A stretch of 64,000 nucleotides of DNA, from positions 372,001 to 436,000 of the forward strand of contig JALMLS010000612.1 in assembly GCA_038496445.1 (NCBI GenBank), in the 5' to 3' direction. Positions 50,697 to 63,595 of this stretch are shown here, in pieces (position 1 is the stretch's first letter; every line of letters starts with the position of its first letter). The notes under the pieces are model-generated. The model saw only the letters and a list, made by a program, of their open reading frames with translations. It had not been told where the DNA came from and searched no databases. Source of the DNA: Trichosphaerium sp. ATCC 40318. Its lineage: Eukaryota > Protista > Tubulinea. Both the position numbers and the translations under genes were made by a program.

Positions 50697-53298
50697 TTAA
50701 ACAGTAGCCTCTAGTTTTGTTTTTTGCAATTTGGTAGAAGAAGATCTTATTACATATTTCGGTTTCTTTCTTTTACGACGTTCTGCAGACTTTTTCTTTG
50801 CTATTGCAGCCTCATGTGCCTTATTCTTCTTACGCCTTGCTTTAGCACTAGGATGCTCTCTCTTTTCTCTACTGAGATATACAACTTGCGCACGTTCGAA
50901 TCCGTTAAACTCAGAAGCAGCACATCTTGAGTCTATTGTTGTGTCAAAAAGTCAGCGAAAACGAAGAAAATAGATGCGAATTAAAATCACGTACAGGCAC
51001 CCATGTTAGGAAAACATAATCTTTCACCTGGTTCCAATAGTGGGAACGTTATATCTTCTAAGATTTTATCTATAGAATCACATGTTGGTCCGTAAAATGT
51101 GCTTCTAAAGTATCGCATGTCTATTTTTTTTTTTTATGTTGTCAGTACTGATGGTATATGGTTGAAGGATTGTGTGTAGTGCTATACCTGTTGGTTGATG
51201 TAAAAGGTGTGGTTTAGGCGTCTTGTCATCGAATATGATGTTATTAAAACATCCGTAAAGACCTTCGTTTAGATAATAAATCATTTTATGCTCTCCACTA
51301 GCAAGTGTCTCCTAAAATCGTTTTTAAGTACAAAGATACAAAAAAGTCTAATAAAACATCACATTCTCCTTTTTTCGAAAACGAAAAGAAAATTAATCCA
51401 GTCCAGTTAATGAGACCATAGAACAGCTCAATAGCATGCAAGAGGCAAAATAGAAAAAAAACAACACGATTAAAAATGCGTACTTCTCGTTTACCGATAA
51501 CTGTTGTAATGACTGAAGCACAAGAACTAACCATATATCTTCCTGGCTCTGCTATAACGCGCACTTTAGAGTACGCCTTTGGGAATACTTGAGGGATAAT
51601 CTTATTCAATCCTACAGCGATCTAATAACATACAGGTTAGATTAACACATGATAGTTTGGTTGTATCGTGCCTCTGGTAGAGTTGTTGCTTCGCCTTCCC
51701 AGTTACCTGGGAAACCTCCACCAATATCTAATAAAGTAAATTCCTCAAATCCGTACTTCTACAAGAGAACAAACGTTAAATGTCACCAAGATACGCATAA
51801 AAAAAAATTGCTTACCTCTGCCATGTCGAAGACTTTTCTGACTTCTTGCAAAGCTATAGTGAACGCTTTTGGGTCTGTCACTTTACTACCAACATGGAAG
51901 GATACTCCAATAACATTTAGGTTGAGTGAAAAAGCATACTCGAGAAGTTCTGGGACATCTATTTAAAACGTAATGTTAGATTAAACAGTCCGTTAGAATA
52001 AATCTTCGTACGTTTAAAGCGAACTCCAAATTTATTGGATAGAGGATGCAAAGAGTATGAGTTATCTACAGCTAAGCGCAATAATAGTTTTGCTTCAGGA
52101 TGAATGGCTTGGATCTTCTCTAACTCGTACTTCGAGTCAAATACCATCATGTCAACGCCAAGCTCTAAATAAGCAAAAAAAAGTTAATACAGAGAAACGA
52201 ATGTGTGATAGATTCGTCACAACCACTAACGAATGATGGCGTATGAGTTAAATATCTCAAAAAAAAGTTTTTGTTCAGAGCAAGAAGAATGAACGCAATC
52301 TATTGCACTCAGTTACGGGCATGAACAAACATATTTCTGTTCAAACAAACGTCATGACGCGATAGTTTACAATTTAATTAAAATTGTCACGTTTGATCAC
52401 GTGTCCGTCGCTTTGAAAAGCTTGAAAAAACGTGCATTTGTGTACAGCAAAAAGAAAATTCTTTGTAAATAAAACGTTTGCAAGCACAATTATGATGTCA
52501 TCAAATGCCCATGTTTAATTATTGAATTAAAACCAAAGCGCGGTTTGAATACTAGACAACAAACAGGCTTTTTTTTTGAAAGATTGTAATGGGAACGGTG
52601 TAAAAATAATTACCTTGTGCTCTTTTCAAGTGAGAGTATGGCTTGCACGGATGTGCATATATTATTCTGCCTGGATCAACACCGAGAGATATAATCTATG
52701 GATCATAAACGTCAAAATGATCGAATTTTCGTGGTTTTTTCACAATTAAAAATACACGTACCAGCTCCATTTCGGCCTGACTTGCGCAATCAAATCCACA
52801 ACCAAGTTTTGCTAATTCTTCACAAATGTGAGGGTCTGGGTTACATTTTACAGCTTCAAAACTATTAGTATAACCACCACTACAATTTTTGTACTAACCG
52901 TAATGTGCCGTTATCTTTGGAAGGTGTTCTAGGCATTTCGTTAAATTTGGTACAGTTTTTGTTCGCTTTTTAACCAAAAAGAGGGAAAGCGCTTGTTGTA
53001 GTATTATTTTAATAGTTGACGCGTACCAGCCCATTGGTATTGTTTTTGCTTAACATCCTCCAAGTTAACAACGTAGAGAGGAAGGTCGTCTTTGTACAAA
53101 TGTTCTTTTATCATTGCTTGGTTTAAAAGGGTGAATTTGAAGCGTGTTTATGGTTTTTCTGTCCTTACCTTCTCCAAGGCTATCTTTGGTATGCGTCAAT
53201 GCATACCTTGCATAATTGACGTATTGTTGTACGTGGGATATGTTTCCGCTGTGTTGCAGATCCTCCACTTTATGGAACTTTGATCGTAAAGTTGCCAT
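50697..53298 (-). CDS. ODC1: Ornithine decarboxylase (fold-type III PLP) with basic C-terminal extension
   Basis: HYAVKCNPD, GFDCAS, LSNKFG, GVSFHVGS, DIGGGFPG, IAEPGRY, YGPTCDSID, NMGAY and FNGF motifs. Confidence 0.93.
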
Positions 53299-53525
53299 AT
53301 GTTATTTGGTGTTTACTGATGCTACTATATGCTATTACGCTTATCAGTACACCTCGGAGTTGTTTAGTGGAGAAATCATTGAAAGTAATCCTCCAAACGC
53401 TCCAAAAAATAGTTTGAGAGATAGATTACGCACTGGTTGTTGTATTTAAATGTCTTGCAAAGCCCGTGGGACGATGGAGACAAAGAAAAACTTAACACAA
53501 CCAATTCAATAAGTCGCAGCGAAAG

Positions 53526-53915
53526 ATGGCATCGAGCAAGAAGTCCCCTAGTGATTTCCTTAAAAACGTTATTGGCAGACCAGTAATTGTTAAACTAAAC
53601 TCTGGAGTCACCTACAGAGGTATTTTCGCTCGTTTAATTCAATTTTTGCTTAAAAGTACTACTCTAAGGTATTTTGGCGTGTTTGGATGGCTACATGAAT
53701 ATTGCAATGGAACAAACGCAAGAATACGTTAATGGTCAATTAAAGAATACTTACGCTGATACATTCGTGCGAGGCAATAATGGTACGTACTTTTTCCATT
53801 ACCAAAACCGCTTAGCTTCTAAAAACGATTGATATATCGTTTAATGGCGTTTTATACGAACATCTTCATATCTCATACCTTTGTAGTACTATACATACGC
53901 GCCCAAGCAAATTAA
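53526..53915 (+). CDS. LSM6: U6 snRNA-associated Sm-like protein LSm6, 3 exons
   Basis: PSDFLK.VIGRPVIVKLNSGVTYRGILACLDGYMNIAMEQTQEYVNGQLKN..FVRGNNVLYI. Confidence 0.93.
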
Positions 53916-54487
53916 GCCGAATAAAACAAATTTTTGACTTTTACAAACCGAAGAAACCTACATGGTGATTTGTCCACCAAGTTCGAGACACGAATACAAA
54001 TAATAATAACATGTTATCATGGTAGTCTTTTTTTCATTAGACAGTCAACAAGAAAGGAGCTACACGTGTCGAATAATAAACAAATAAAAAAGCTTAAAAT
54101 ATCTCAACTACCTTTTGCTACACTTTTTGATTAGTATCTTTTACGCGTGCATTTACTATTCCCGTTACTGCAGCTGATAAGAATAGCGAAAAAAGTGAAC
54201 CATTTGACGTCACCGAATTTCTGATTTCCTGCTAAACTACTATATACGTTATTTAAAGTCGTTTAAGAGCGATTCACAATCAGAAGGTTAGTTTCGTCAC
54301 GTTTCATCGCGATACATAACGATATGCGTTCTAAATTGCCTATTGTGGTCTCATCAACGTATACACCTGTTATTTGCGTTTTTACTGTCGGGTAAAAATA
54401 ATTCAGAAGAATTGTAAAATGCGAATTACATTTGCTTACTAATTTTCTCACAACAAGCACCTTCTCCTCAATAACAAAGGATCCCAA

Positions 54488-54949
54488 ATGACTGCAGCGC
54501 ACTCAAGCCGGGAGCTAGTGCTTTCAGAGGATCAAATGCTGGACGCAATGATAGAGGCATTACAAACACGCCTTAAATTATTAGAAGCACATAATACGCG
54601 TTTAAAACAACAGAACCGTGCTGCGGGGCTATGTATTCACAAACTCCATTCTGAAACACAACGTCAACGAGCGACACTGAAAAGAGTTGGTTGGCTACCT
54701 AATAACACTGTACATACAATAACAACAAAGAAAAGACCACTACTTCACCTACCAAAGCGCAAACCAAGCAACAAACCAAACTTAAAGAAACAACTTTCAA
54801 TTCCACTTAAACAAACAAACAATACATCAAAGCCTTTGTATTCACCGTTGTGTAAACGGAGGGCAATGATGAAGGGACTAATTTGCCAAAGTGTAAAATT
54901 GGCTCTTAATACTGATGCAAACAAAAGCACATGTACATATAAATTATAG
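54488..54949 (+). CDS. Hypothetical coiled-coil/basic protein, intronless
   Basis: 153-aa ATG-initiated ORF with heptad pattern in the N-terminal half; no family recognised. Confidence 0.5.
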   Translation: MTAAHSSRELVLSEDQMLDAMIEALQTRLKLLEAHNTRLKQQNRAAGLCIHKLHSETQRQRATLKRVGWLPNNTVHTITTKKRPLLHLPKRKPSNKPNLKKQLSIPLKQTNNTSKPLYSPLCKRRAMMKGLICQSVKLALNTDANKSTCTYKL

Positions 54950-55215
54950 CTTACGCGTTTGCTTCAAAACAAAAAACTAGTTGCAAGTTGCACTTTGTGT
55001 TTACAGAATATCGTCTAAAAAGCTACCGTAAACGGTAAAAACGGTTGTACCCAGTTAAAAAAATACACTACGCTTTGTGGTGATTGTGCGAAACGTTTCG
55101 TAATACTGAAGGCTTAAGCCTATGTTTAAGGCATTCGGAAAAATACTGTTCATTTTATTTTTGTAGCTAGTGACACGTGAAGTAAACCACCTCTCGTAAA
55201 CCAGACTGCGTTACA

Positions 55216-58200
55216 ATGAGCAATAGGCGATCTAACCTGTACCCATCTTTGGACGCCAGTGAGGTATGGAAACAACGGGTTATAGCGTTACCTGACTGTT
55301 ATGTAGCAAAACGCCGCTTCATTACCAAAGTACAAGGTAATAAATAGGTATTCGATGTTATTTAGCGCCTGACACGTTTCAGGGATGTTCTCTAGAAGCT
55401 CTAGCGCGTAGAGAGCGTAAGGAAAACGCAATCAAAGCCAAAAGGTCCCAACGCGCTAGAAAAGCACTTGAGGAGCCTCTACAGCCTCAAGTAGTGCCTC
55501 TAGCACGAAAAACTAGGTACACATTTATGAATTCGTTGTGCTAATTCTTATACCTTTTTTAGTGCGAAGAAACCTTCTAAAATAAGGGAGCAACCAGAAG
55601 TAGTTTTACACTCACGTGATTCACCTGAAAAACGACCTCAAGTCATCGTACATGGCCGCAAGAAGGCGCCATTGACTGTAGCACCTTTTCAGATGACTAT
55701 TAACGGTACACAACATGCATTGCAGTCCGTAGATCCAACGATGACACTAAACACGTATATTCGTTCACAACGTATCCTTTGGATTGATTTTGTTTTCTTC
55801 GTGAACCCAATATTTTTAGTTTGTCACGTGACAAATTACCCCGAATATCTTTTTCTTAACTTTACCAGCTGGGCTCTCAGGTACAAAGAAGATGTGTGGT
55901 GAAGGAGGCTGTGGAGCGTGCACAGTTGTGATTTCAAGGACTGACCCAAACAGCAACGAATTCGTGTATCCCTTTTCATCTATTTTTTTTTTCTGGTTGG
56001 CAGTTTATGTTTCTTTGACTTTGCAGCTCTCTCTCCGTCAATTCGTGCCTTAGACCTTTGGCTTCTTGCAACGGATGGGATGTTGTAACTATTGAAGGTA
56101 TTGGTTCTTCTAAAACTCAGTACCATCCTATTCAGGAGCGTATGGCTGCCATGAATGCTACGCAATGCGGTTTTTGTACGTGACATCTTACGGAAAAGAA
56201 CTAACTGTTTTTTCTCTAGGTTCTCCTGGATTTGCTATGAATATGTACAATTTACTTGGGGAGACGAAACCAACAGTTAAAGATATTGAAGATTACTTTG
56301 ATGGTAATCTATGTCGTTGTACTGGTTACCGAAGGTATAGTGCCCCACTATGGGCTTTTATTTAGCAGAAGTCTTTCAATACTTAACTGTCTTTAGCATC
56401 CTTGACTCATTTAATACGTTTGCTGATGACAACGATCATAAGGTACTCGTTGAATACATGAGTTAACCGCGTCTACTAATACGTTACAAAGGAGAATAGC
56501 AATGAGTTAAAAGAAACTGTATCAAACCATTACCCAAATGTTGAGAGATTGCCTTGCAAGCAACAAAAATTCGAAAAACACCAGTGTTCAAGGAAGCACA
56601 AGGTACAATCTAGTATTATATCCCTGATATCTAACATTGGATTAACAGTCGCGACCTATGCGTGTTCAAAAGCCTTCATTCTTTGGAGAAAATGGTTTCG
56701 CTTGGCATACAGTTTCTTCTCTTTCTCAGTTGTATAGTATGTTGAGGAGTTTCCCAACAGATCAAGTTCGCCTCGTTGTTGGCAACACATCTGTTGGTAT
56801 ATACAAAAATCCACCTCAACCAAACCTCCTATACATTGCTGACATACCTGAGCTAAATGGCGTGAGCCAAACTAGTGCAGGGTACACGTTTGGTGCGGCA
56901 ACATCAATCCAAGTCCTTCTCAAAACAATGGAAAAGGCAGCTGCCGCTGGCACAGCCAATGTAGCTACTTATCCTTCGTTGCTATATTTACTCAAGCGTA
57001 TTGCAAACACTCAAGTGAGACATGTTGGTTCCATCGCAGGAAACGTACGTTGATGTGTGAACTCACTTCCCAAAAAAACCATTCTTTAACTTTCTTTCGT
57101 AGCTTGTTTTGGCTCATGATAAGGCGTTCCCATCTGATCTATTTACTACCTTAGCTGCGGCTAACGCTCAATTTCTTCTTGGAGATGCTAATACCGGCAC
57201 TACTAATTTAGTAGACTTTGAAACTTTCCTTCAAACGAGCTTGGCAAAGAGAGTCATTATTTCAGTTACTATTCCATTTTCGAAACCAAATCAAGTTGTA
57301 CGTTGCTACAAGGTTGCAAAGAGACATGTCAACTCTCACTCATTCATAAACTGTGGTATATCAATGGAAATTGGTTCGGGTGGTATTATATCTAACCCAG
57401 TTATTACTTACGGTGGTTGGACAACTCACTTATGCCGAATGACAAACGCTGAGAAGTATTTGGTTGGAAAGTCCTTCGATAGTGAAACAGTTCTTCAAAC
57501 TGCTATCCAAATGATTTCAACACAGTATACACCAGGTATACGTTATGACTAACCACATTCTTGTTTCTAATGGCAAATGTTTGTAGATCCTCAGTATGGC
57601 AAAACAGGTTTCCGCCAGTCATTGCTCATGTCAATGTTTTACAAATACGCGTTAACTTGCGCTGGATCTTTACCTCCAAATCTCCGTTCTGCTACAGAGT
57701 ACTATGAGCGTGCTGTGTCCACAGGAAGTGAGACTTATCAAACTGACCCTTCAGGTACCCGACCTTTGAACTTTTTCGTGTTGTGCCTAATATCACGTGT
57801 GTAGAGTACCCATTGTCCGAGTACATTCCTAAAATAACGGGCATAAAGCAGACTTCTGGAGAAGCAGAATATATTGATGATATACCTTCACCTGCTGGTT
57901 GTTTATACGCTCAATACGTTCTTGCTGATACTGCCAATGCTACACTGGCTTCCATAAACGCAACAGAGGCATTAGCCATAGATGGTGTAGTTGACTTTAT
58001 CTCAGCAAACGATGTGCCTGGTTCTAACCTTGGTGCTAAAGGTTCGTCTATTTGTGCCTTTAGTTGGTTTTGTTTTCTCTCTTATAAGTGTACTAGACGT
58101 ACCATTATTCGCAAGTGGCCATGTAATGTACGCTGGACAACCACTTGGTCTCATTTTAGCAAAAACACAAGAGATTGCAGATGAAGCAGCAGAGTTGGTT

Positions 58201-60862
58201 ACAGCGACTTATACCGATGGTAAACCAGCAATCTTGAGCTTGGATGAAGCTATACAAAAGGGGTCTTTCTTTGATGTACGTCGATTTCAGCAAGCACTGC
58301 GTGCTAAAATATGCTAGATAACTACTGGGAGTTTCTCAACTGGAGACCTTAAGTCTGGATTTGCAGAGTCGGACTACGTTGAAGAAGGCTCAGTACAATG
58401 TGGTAGCCAGTATCATTTCCATATGGAGACGCACACAGCCATGGCCGTGCCTGCAGAAGGTTTGTAGAAATTATTTTGTTTCGAAAAGATTAACGTTTAA
58501 AAGGTGATCTGATGGAAGTCTATTCTGCTACTCAGCTCCCTTGTGATACGCTGACAACAATATCAGACGCTATAAAGGTAGATAAGAAAAATGTCAATGT
58601 AGTTGTGCGCCGTTGTGGTGGTGGCTACGGCGGCAAATTAAGCAACTCTTCAGGTGCCTTATTTTTGGTTTACATCATAAGTATTTTTTTCTTATTAATC
58701 TCAACAAAGATGTTGCTGCCGTTGTTGCTGTTGCCTCTACTAAAATGGGATTACCTGTGCGTATGAAAGTAACATTAAGTAATAATATGAAGATGATGGG
58801 TAAAAGACATCCTACACGTTGTGACTACAAGGTACGTTGCATGTTGAATTCGCCGAAAAATCAGAATAAAATACGAAAGATTCTCACAATTGAACAAACC
58901 TTGTCCAGTTTTGACCTTTCCTTCGTATTATTTTAATTGTTGTTAATTTGTTTCAAAGGTTGGGTTTACAAAAGCTGGAAAAATTTTGGCACTAGAAGCA
59001 ACTCTCTACAGTGATGGTGTGTAATTTGTTTTTTATTGTTTTGGCTGTTGTTCGCTTACTTATAATATTTTATAGGTGGTTGTACTTCTGTTGATTCAGA
59101 TGGAATGTTTGGAGCTCTTATGTTGACACTTGGAACAGTTTACAAGATCGATAATTTCGAAGTTGGTGGTAAACTTTGTAAGACAAACTTGCCTTCAAAC
59201 ACATTCACAAGAGGCCCTGGTTGGTGCCCTGGTGTATTCGTAACAGAGCACATAATTGAGCATGTCGCAGAAACACTTAAAGCAGACCCAGGCATGTTGA
59301 GACCACTCAACTTTTACAGCAAAGGTACGTAGCTAGAACGAGTTATTTTTCTCTACCATTGGAACGAAGTTTACTTATGAAAACTAAGGTGGTGTTACGC
59401 CTGATGGCACTATTCTTGCTTTCTGCAATATCGAGGAGATTTTCACCAAGTTGAAGATTACTTCTTCGTTTGAGGTACATACCATGATCCGCTCAAATAA
59501 TGTATGGAGTTTTTCTTATGATGGTTTAGAAACGTCAAGCCGAAGTAGATGCGTTTAATAAATCGAATACTTGGAAGAAAAAAGGCTTGACAATTATGCC
59601 TGTTCGCTTCTTTGTCGGCTGGGCAGGTCAGTCTCTTTCAGTGGCTAATTTATTATTCAATACGTATTAGGTGATCCGCAAGCTGCAGTTGTAAGTATAC
59701 AGAGCGATGGTACTGTACACGTGACTATTTCGGGTGTCGAAATTGGACAAGGTAATGATTCGTTTTAGTTGTTTACTGTTAACACCTTACAGGTATCAAC
59801 ACAAAGGCAATGCAAGCTACAGCTTATTCTCTTGGTATCCCTCTCAAGTATATTTGCGTACCACCTACTTCTTCAAGGGTAACACCAAACACTGCGGCAA
59901 CTGGTACATTAGTTAAGATAGCGTATTGATTTACTGTGTCTTAAGGCGGGTCTATCACTTCTGCTCTTTGTTGTGAAGCTATAACAATCGCGTGTGCTAC
60001 ACTTAACAAGAGATTAGCTCCTATAAGAAGTATGCATCCTGATGCAGACTGGGAGACTATTGTCCGGATTGCACTAAACGCTGGTGTCAACTTATTGGTA
60101 TGTTACTTTCTTTGCAGTTGTTTTGTTATCTCACTTATTCTTCAGGCTCTCGGAAACGTTAACCATCCTCCTCCAACTAAATATGGTCCTTATTCTAATT
60201 ACCAATCATACAGCGCATGTGTTTCTCAAGTAAGTCATAACATCAACAACTAACATAACACTGTATCTTAAGGTTGAAATTGATGTTCTCACTGGACGAA
60301 TTGAAGTTGAGCGTTGTGATATCCTATTCGATTGTGGTGTTTCTTTGAACGTAGCTGTACGCCTAGTTACAACTTCCGTGCATTATGATTGCATTAACTA
60401 AGATACATTAAAGGTTGATATTGGTCAAATCCAAGGAGCCTTTATGATGGGGTTGGGTTACTTCCTCATGGAAGAGTTAGAGTTCAATGGTGATAATCTC
60501 AGTAACGATGGTACTTGGGAGTATAAGCCTCCAAGTGTAAAAGATATACCAATTGACTTGCGTGTTTCTCTCCTAAAGAATGCTGTACGATTTTCAAACC
60601 TGCAAAGGCTTCTTTTGCTCTTCCATAATCATTCACTAACTTTTTTATCAAGCCTAATCCTGTCGGTATATTATCAAGCAAGTGCGTTGGTGAACCACCA
60701 TTGTGCCTTGCTTCTTCTGTCTTCTTTGCCATTAAGAGTGCCATTAAGGCTTACCGTGATGCTTCAGGACAAGCTGGAGGTTACTTTCCTTTCAACGCTC
60801 CTGCAACTGTAGACCAAGTACATGCTGCATGCGGTGTATCTACTAAAGACTTAGTAATGTAA
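55216..60862 (+). CDS. Xanthine oxidoreductase-family molybdo-flavoenzyme (aldehyde-oxidase-like residues), >20 exons
   Basis: [32 protein letters not shown] (2Fe-2S); GNTSVG and [15 protein letters not shown] (FAD); [30 protein letters not shown] (Moco). Confidence 0.95.
55772..55868 (+). other. U12-type GT-AG intron
   Basis: Donor GTATCCTTT; branch TTTTCTTAAC 8 nt before the end of the intron; removal restores [11 protein letters not shown]. Confidence 0.88.
55966..56026 (+). other. U12-type GT-AG intron
   Basis: Donor GTATCCCTT; branch TTTCTTTGAC close to the acceptor; removal restores [10 protein letters not shown]. Confidence 0.75.
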
Positions 60863-61146
60863 CTGATTTATAGAGCAAATAAATAGCCCAGTAGTGTTGA
60901 GACTACATCACCAAAACTCCTGTAAATTGTTTTATTGTAACTTCTTTATAGTAGCATTGAGACTGCTTCCAGAACAGTTGTGAAGTTGCAAAATTATGTG
61001 GTTAAGTTAGTTATTGTACAGTATGTTAAGCAGCGTGTCATCTGGAATGGTTAGCGAGAAGCATCAACAGTAAGCGTTCGTGATGTCAAGCATAGCGTTC
61101 AAAGTACCTCAGTTTATATCACGCTCAAAGCCTAATAAACCTAAAC

Positions 61147-63595
61147 ATGTCGCAAAACGTACGCTAACGCGATATAGTATCACTTCACGGAAATATAAAT
61201 GGCTTCACCGTTATTAAACTACATTCTCGTTCTTACGTCGCTTGTTAGCCTTAAAACAAGTACATGATGGATATTGGAACGATTTAGACAGGAATAGACA
61301 ATATCTAGAGGAAATAGCGCCAAGCCTTCGTGTTTTCACTTTTGACGATTGGTACAATTGTACCAAGTATGATATTCACGAAAGAGCTGGAAGGGGTCTC
61401 ATGGCAAAGTAATACAGTAAAGTTAAACGTCGAACTTTATTTTTGACACTTTTTTTTTCTTTGGTTGTAGATTCAACGATTCGATTACCACTACGCTTAA
61501 AGTGCTATACCCGCATGTTGATTGGATACAATATGCATTCAAGTATGGAAAAACCCGTTGTAGACTATTTATTCACAACACTAGGAATGCGCCAAGTGGT
61601 TTTTGGCAACATATTGCAAACCAAGGGGATTATATGAATGCTGTTGCACGTCAATTGACTATAAAAGTTTTAGATGACTGGTATCCAATATCGACTGCCC
61701 AAGTACTTGAGTGTGGTTGCAGTGGATTTTTGAGTAGGTAAGTTCTTGCACTCACAAGCAACATCATTTCTCTTTATATTCTTATTTTTTACAATTTTTT
61801 GTTTAGATATTCGTACTCTCTTTCTGCTGCGCTTTCGTCTGTTTTCCCAAAACACAATTGGGATATTAGCAAATTTGGGTGCGACAACTATTGTAGAAAA
61901 GCACGTGAACTCAGTGTATGTCTTTTTTAGGTGCTTGCCTAGGCAGTATTGGCTAAACTGGGAAAACCAGAGAAAACGTGTTGAGGAAATAAGCGAACTT
62001 TTAAATGTGAAATCCTTAGCAGAATTCTATGCAGTAGGTAGTGTTTCTGTATTACAAAAACAATCTATTAATGCACGTGGGTTTTCAGCAAAGTAAGCCA
62101 TAAATAGTCTTTCTCTTTTTTACAAACTATTTAAACACTTTGTTCTAAGCTCTCTTCTCTTTTTCTAGATTCTACGGAGGAAGTATAAGTATCTTACTCA
62201 ATAGACTTTATCCCAAGTTTAAGTGGGAACCTTTTCGTTTCAAGTACGGTGTATACCTCGCTGTGCAAATAAGCTTAAGAGCTTTGCTCTTTCTTTTTTC
62301 TTATATTTTTACTATGTAGGGTTATGCCAAAGAACCACTGGTCTATTGTAAGAAACCAGATGGATTTCTTTGAGAACACTGCAAGAGAGCTTTATCTGAT
62401 GACCCTTGATGAATTTTATGATATGACAACATCAGAATTTATTGATCTTGGCGCTTCTGGTCTTATTCTCAGGCAGTACGACACCAGCAGTTGGTGATTA
62501 TTTAGCATATAACGCATACTAGGTATGGTGGATCGTACGTTAAGGCATTACAAACGGTGTATCCCAACTACGAATGGAAAGATTATGAGTTCAAGTACGA
62601 CATTCTTTGTCGTGATACGCAAAGTACTAATAAATGTTACAAGGATTGCTCCACGACACGCTTGGGAAAATAAGGAAGGTGTAACGAAATACTTATCTGG
62701 TATGTAGTACACTATTTGTAAGTTGTATTTGATTTATTAACAATTAAGTTAGTACTTGAAGACAGGTTACAAATTTCAAGACCTGAAGAATGGTACAGGG
62801 TATCATTGGAGAGATTAAAAGAGAATGCAAAAACGACTTTTCTTGCTTCATCTTTCCCCCAGTGTTTGAGTCTACTCCACCCAGAGATGTCATGGGACTT
62901 TAGTGTATTCGAATACCGAGCAAAAAAGACAGTACAATGGTACTCTAAACCGGTTTTTTATGAAATACCTCAGGTTTTCCTAAAGCTATTTGTATAAATT
63001 AGGAGTTTGTACCGGCGTGTCGTAGACTTGCTCCCTGATTTTGAGATAAAAGAGGAAATCGATTTAAGTAGATATTTTCAAGGCAAGTCGACACGTGTGG
63101 ATATTTATATTCCTACACTTCGTCTTGCACTTGAGTACCAAGGTAAAGAAACGTAAACTATTTTTCTTATCTTTTGTTTTGCTTTCTAACAACCTTACCA
63201 GGACAACAACACTACCACGATGTTAGTTGCTACGGACTTGCACACATGTGGAAGAGAAATGATAAATTGAAGAAACGTGATTGTGAAGCAATGGGCACGT
63301 GAACATGAGTCACTTTTCGAGTCCAGCATTCACTAAACTTTGAGCTTTCTTCTTACAATAAGTATTTAGGTGTAACTTTAGTACCAATACCGTATTGGTG
63401 GAACCAAGATAAATGGAGCGTTGCTGCAACCATAATGCATTACAGGAACGTACTTCTTTTGTTTAATTATTTATACATACTGATAGTTGTTCTAGACCTG
63501 ATATTCGGTTTACTGGTATACCAAATGGGGTGAAGCCGCTAGTACAACCGACCTCAACGTTTTTTCAAGCAAAAAACAAACAAATCCTGCTGTGA
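61147..63595 (+). CDS. Tandem 'xxDWY' repeat protein (~5 repeats) with C-terminal PD-(D/E)XK/DUF559-like domain, paralogue 2
   Basis: GYWN..NRQYL..FDDWY, PSGFWQ..LDDWY and PEEWY repeats; RVDIYIPTLRLALEYQGQQHY..NDKLKKRDC..GVTLVPIPYWW; start uncertain. Confidence 0.8.

Noticed and set aside
52165-52612. C/D snoRNA inside the long ODC intron
   Set aside because: One TGATGA, but no suitably spaced CTGA with a terminal stem
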